This document shows, one piece after another, positions 60,570 through 64,000 of a stretch of 64,000 nt of DNA (the stretch's first letter is position 1; each line of letters opens with the position of its first letter). The notes beneath the pieces are model-generated. The model had not been told where the DNA came from. It did no database searches and was given only the letters and a program-made list of their open reading frames with translations. Origin of the DNA: Phoronis australis. Taxonomy: Eukaryota > Animalia > Phoronida. Made by a program: the position numbers and the translations under genes. The stretch covers positions 1,783,819-1,847,818 of the forward strand of contig NMRA01000015.1 of the NCBI GenBank assembly GCA_002633005.1, read 5' to 3'.

Positions 60570-62607
60570 TGAGCTGGACCGGGAGCATGTGTCCATTTTA
60601 TAAATTATTTTGAATGTGTTGACATGCTGTGCGTGTCTTTTAATTGTCGAGAACTGGTGCTATCTTGAGGTACTGTCAAACTAGTCATGTTGCACCGAGT
60701 GAATCTTGCAATATTTCAGCTTCTCTTTGTTAAATTTGTTCCGTGATTCACTGCTTCTGTGCACGTGAAGTCCTGTCAGTTCAGAAACACTGAGTTCATT
60801 GTAATGCTCCTGTTTCTATGCTCAGCACAGTATTGAAACTAGACACAGTAAGGCTGTTAGTGGTGTCTGTAGCTTATACTCAGTGTACCCGGTGTGTAGA
60901 CCTACTTCTCTGTCAGTCATACTGTGGCAGGCCTGAAGACCTCTCAGTCACTATTTACCTCCGGGTCTGCAAGTCTACCATTCAATCACTGACAGTGTAG
61001 CAGGCTTACAGATCTGTCAGTCTGTCACTCACAGTGGAGCAGGCCAGTCTGTCACTCTTCTCTTTGTATATAGAACCCAGCAACATAAGTGTGCGCAGTG
61101 GAGGTTCTTGACAAGCCATTGTTATTGTCAGTAACTGACACCAATGATCAATAAAGAGATTATATTTATAGAGAGATGTATTGTATCTTGTTTATCTTCC
61201 TTGGGTAATGGATCATGCTCAAGGCTAATTTTGCCAACTCTTCTGGTGTGTATTAATATGGAAAAGTCAACTGAAAAAGTCACAATTTAGGAGGCGTGGC
61301 CACCCTATGGACACAACCGTAAAAGGAAGAAAATAGAAATGCTGTCGGCACAATGTCTTGAGAAGCATAAAAAATTCAATGGCAAGTTGATAGATTTATT
61401 TAGTAAATCTTGTATAAAAACGTGCAGTAAAATACAAACAAATGTAATTAACATCCTGGCAGATGAAGTAACTCAAGGATGAGGTAGAAAAGTCATATAG
61501 ACTTCGCTATGGTCCAGAAAGCATGCTTATTCTACAACCTTCAGCAACTTGCTGCAACACCCTAACTTATTAAATAAGTACATTTACTGGCTCAACTGGT
61601 ATGTGATGAATATTGTTTAAGGTTTAAAAACATTACTATTCTCATCGAATGTTGAATTATTGCTGAATATGCGGAGAACAGGTAATATGCACACGTGCCA
61701 TTTTCGAATTCACAATCCAATCATAATGTCTATCAACCTCAATATTCTGAAGCATCTTGAGTAGCTGATGGCTTTTATGTTCTCATTGGTAATGTAAATG
61801 AAATCCTGTCATGGCAACTTGAGGAATGTTGTGATAAGGATTTTGTGAGCTTAAGTGGCTTAATTATTTTTCATTTTTGGGAGCTAAACTCTGATGACTG
61901 CATGTACAAAGGTTGCTGTCATGTGAAATGATTGTCTCCAAGAACTTTTGGAAGCAAAACGTAAGAATAACAAAAAAATAAATAAAAATGGTTGTGAAGA
62001 CCATGTGGACACATCTGATAAATAAAAATGGACAAATATGGGGAACAATACTGAAATATTTTTATTGGTCGTAGACGGTGTTTTTTATTTGTGTTGTTTC
62101 TTCCGTTGAGCCTAAATATTGTTTAAGTATAGAAATTTCACTATTTATTTAAACTTGAGTTTTCAAAATTTATTCCTTAAAACACAGCAGTAAATCAGCA
62201 TTGTGCAGGTATTGGAATGAACTAATACAAAAAGTGTCAAAATGAAAAATAGGTTGCTGAGCATAGCCCTAGATAAGCAACATGTAACAGGTATGCCCAG
62301 ATAGGCTCCTAATCCTGTAGTAGTGGTTCACGTGTCATATACACTGATGGTCGTCTCCATCAACCCTAAGACCAATCAACTTATTGGCCAGAAATCAACC
62401 TCAGGCAATTTATATATTGCTGCCATTATTGACAAGCTATAGCAGCACTATCTATTGACAAACAAGAAAATCATCGCTAGATCATGACGTCAACACTCTC
62501 GTGCCTAGCGCCACCTATGCTGATCAGCCGGATGGATCGAAAAGCTGCAGCTGAGCGGGTCGTCTAACTATAAGTCAGTGATCTTGCGTTTTGCTTTGTT
62601 TTTGAAC

Positions 62608-62758
62608 ATGGGAAACCTGGGGTCTAAAGCGACAAGACCAGTGAGAAACTTTAACATCGAACAAAGAACTGAAGCGACGTTAGAAAAGGCAAAAGAAGTC
62701 CCTAGAACTGCACCTCGTCACAAAACCACGGAAAAGTTATTGGCAGACTTCGCTCGTG
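62608..62758 (+). CDS. NDUFAF4: NADH dehydrogenase 1 alpha subcomplex assembly factor 4, first coding exon (no further exon identified in the window)
   Basis: MGNLGSKATRPVRNFNIEQRTEATLEKAKEVPRTAPRHKTT matches the NDUFAF4 N-terminus (RNFNLENRA...APRH). Donor G|GTAAGC at 62758/62759. TGACGTCA CRE motif about 120 bp upstream. Confidence 0.85.
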
Positions 62759-62968
62759 GTAAGCTGATAAGGCACTGCTCATATCAATTCAAATATAATT
62801 GTGTTTCCTCACATTTATTGGCTGCATATACCATGGGAACTTGTCGCAATCTTTTTTAAACAAACCTCTCATACACTATATGTAACAGCCTTCTGTCCAT
62901 TCCGAATGAAATCGGCCCACTCGCCAGGAATGCACGCGGCTCAGTCAAATGTTTTAATCAGTGTGAAC

Positions 62969-63067
62969 AGCTTCCGCCGTACAAAGCTCTTATTAGTATA
63001 GGAGCTTCACCGTCTCTACTGCGGCTTGGTAGAGACGGTGGTCACTGTCTAATGAGAGGTATGCTCT
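62969..63067. repeat. Hairpin element homologous to 284-398
   Basis: Shares agcttccg(g/c)cgtaca(g/a)agc and ggtca(t/c)tg(c/t)cta(c/a)tga. Stem caccgtctctac / gtagagacggtg. Confidence 0.65.
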
Positions 63068-64000
63068 AAATTGAGGGAGACAAGATATATCTATTGCTCC
63101 ACGGTCGCCTGCCTGCTATGTTGGCTTCTCTCAATCTCTGGATTGATGTGTCAATAAAAGTCTGATTGCCGGGCCCCTATTCAACCCTTCACTTTTATGG
63201 ATGATATAATAGTATTATAATACCTCAGTTCAAAAGATGGCGTCAGTACGGGAGAGAATTGAGTACGGGAAATTCGTTCGTATTTGTGCAAGACTGGCTG
63301 TTTTAAAGCAAAAATAACATCGCAAAGGGAGTATAGAATTTGCCTAGAAAGTATTGGTACCCAAGATATTAACTTTGTTTACCCAAAAAGGTGTAATTTG
63401 TGGGAAAAACAGAAGTACGTTGGGTGCCGTATTTGACACCGTTACCGATTTGTCACTGTCCACTCTTTACTAATATGCTAAAGTTTTTATCCCCCCCCAG
63501 CTGCACTCTGCGCAATACGTTATCATAGTATGGGTATTCACTATGGATTGTAGGTAAAATCCTTTCCAATGCCAACAACACTCTTCCATGCATTACAGGT
63601 GAAACACGTGACCTCGCACCTTGTGTGTTTCTCGTCACACATAGGTATACCATGTCTACGGTTTCTCATCTTTTGAACGCAGCCGTGCAAAATTGGCTCC
63701 AATACATCCCACTAATGTCTACTTAGGCGCGCATTGAGTTTTTTGCTATCTCTGAAAAGGTGCATTGCATAGGCGTAGTAAAGTCTTCTTGAGTGGGGAG
63801 AGACTGTCTCCCCTGGTCACCCCCCAGTTGTGTCAAAATTCTTCAATTTTGCATTTGAACTATTAAAAATTTTAGGTTTCAAATCTCCATTGTTTCGCCA
63901 AGTATTCATTCTCCATGACCTCTCTTTGAAACTGTATGTATGCTTTAACTATTCAGAACACGCGAGAGTCGATGGAATCTCTTTGAAGCCATGTGTATGG

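Overview
AT-rich, intron-rich animal genomic DNA, probably an invertebrate bilaterian (inference from gene content, intron style and repeat types). I traced four spliced protein-coding genes by hand through GT-AG junctions. SLC35E2-like nucleotide-sugar transporter (+, CDS 2985-7021, 6 coding exons). Cortactin (-, CDS 11558-32175, about 17 coding exons, up to 8.5 cortactin/HS1 repeats). LATS/Warts Hippo kinase (+, CDS 41846-60569, 6 coding exons). First coding exon of NDUFAF4 (+, 62608-62758). A single N at 17593 joins two near-identical copies of about 1.7-2.0 kb of the cortactin gene, most likely two haplotypes (assembly artefact). Non-coding DNA holds a truncated Penelope-like GIY-YIG remnant, a Helentron-associated (HINE/DINE-like) element, tRNA-derived SINEs, several MITE types and tandem repeats. 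The most unusual signals: (1) intronic tandem arrays copied from splice junctions, mostly with the copied donor GT lost; (2) a modular, recently expanded set of 111-nt cortactin repeat exons, including a divergent weak-donor exon absent from the ORF track; (3) two distant hairpins with three fully compensatory base-pair changes; (4) a candidate 5' UTR microexon and recursive-splice-like AG|GTAAGA at the cortactin start exon; (5) start-stop elements and candidate alternative exons in LATS. All alignments were done by eye. No database searches were run, and I found no clear new multi-gene system.
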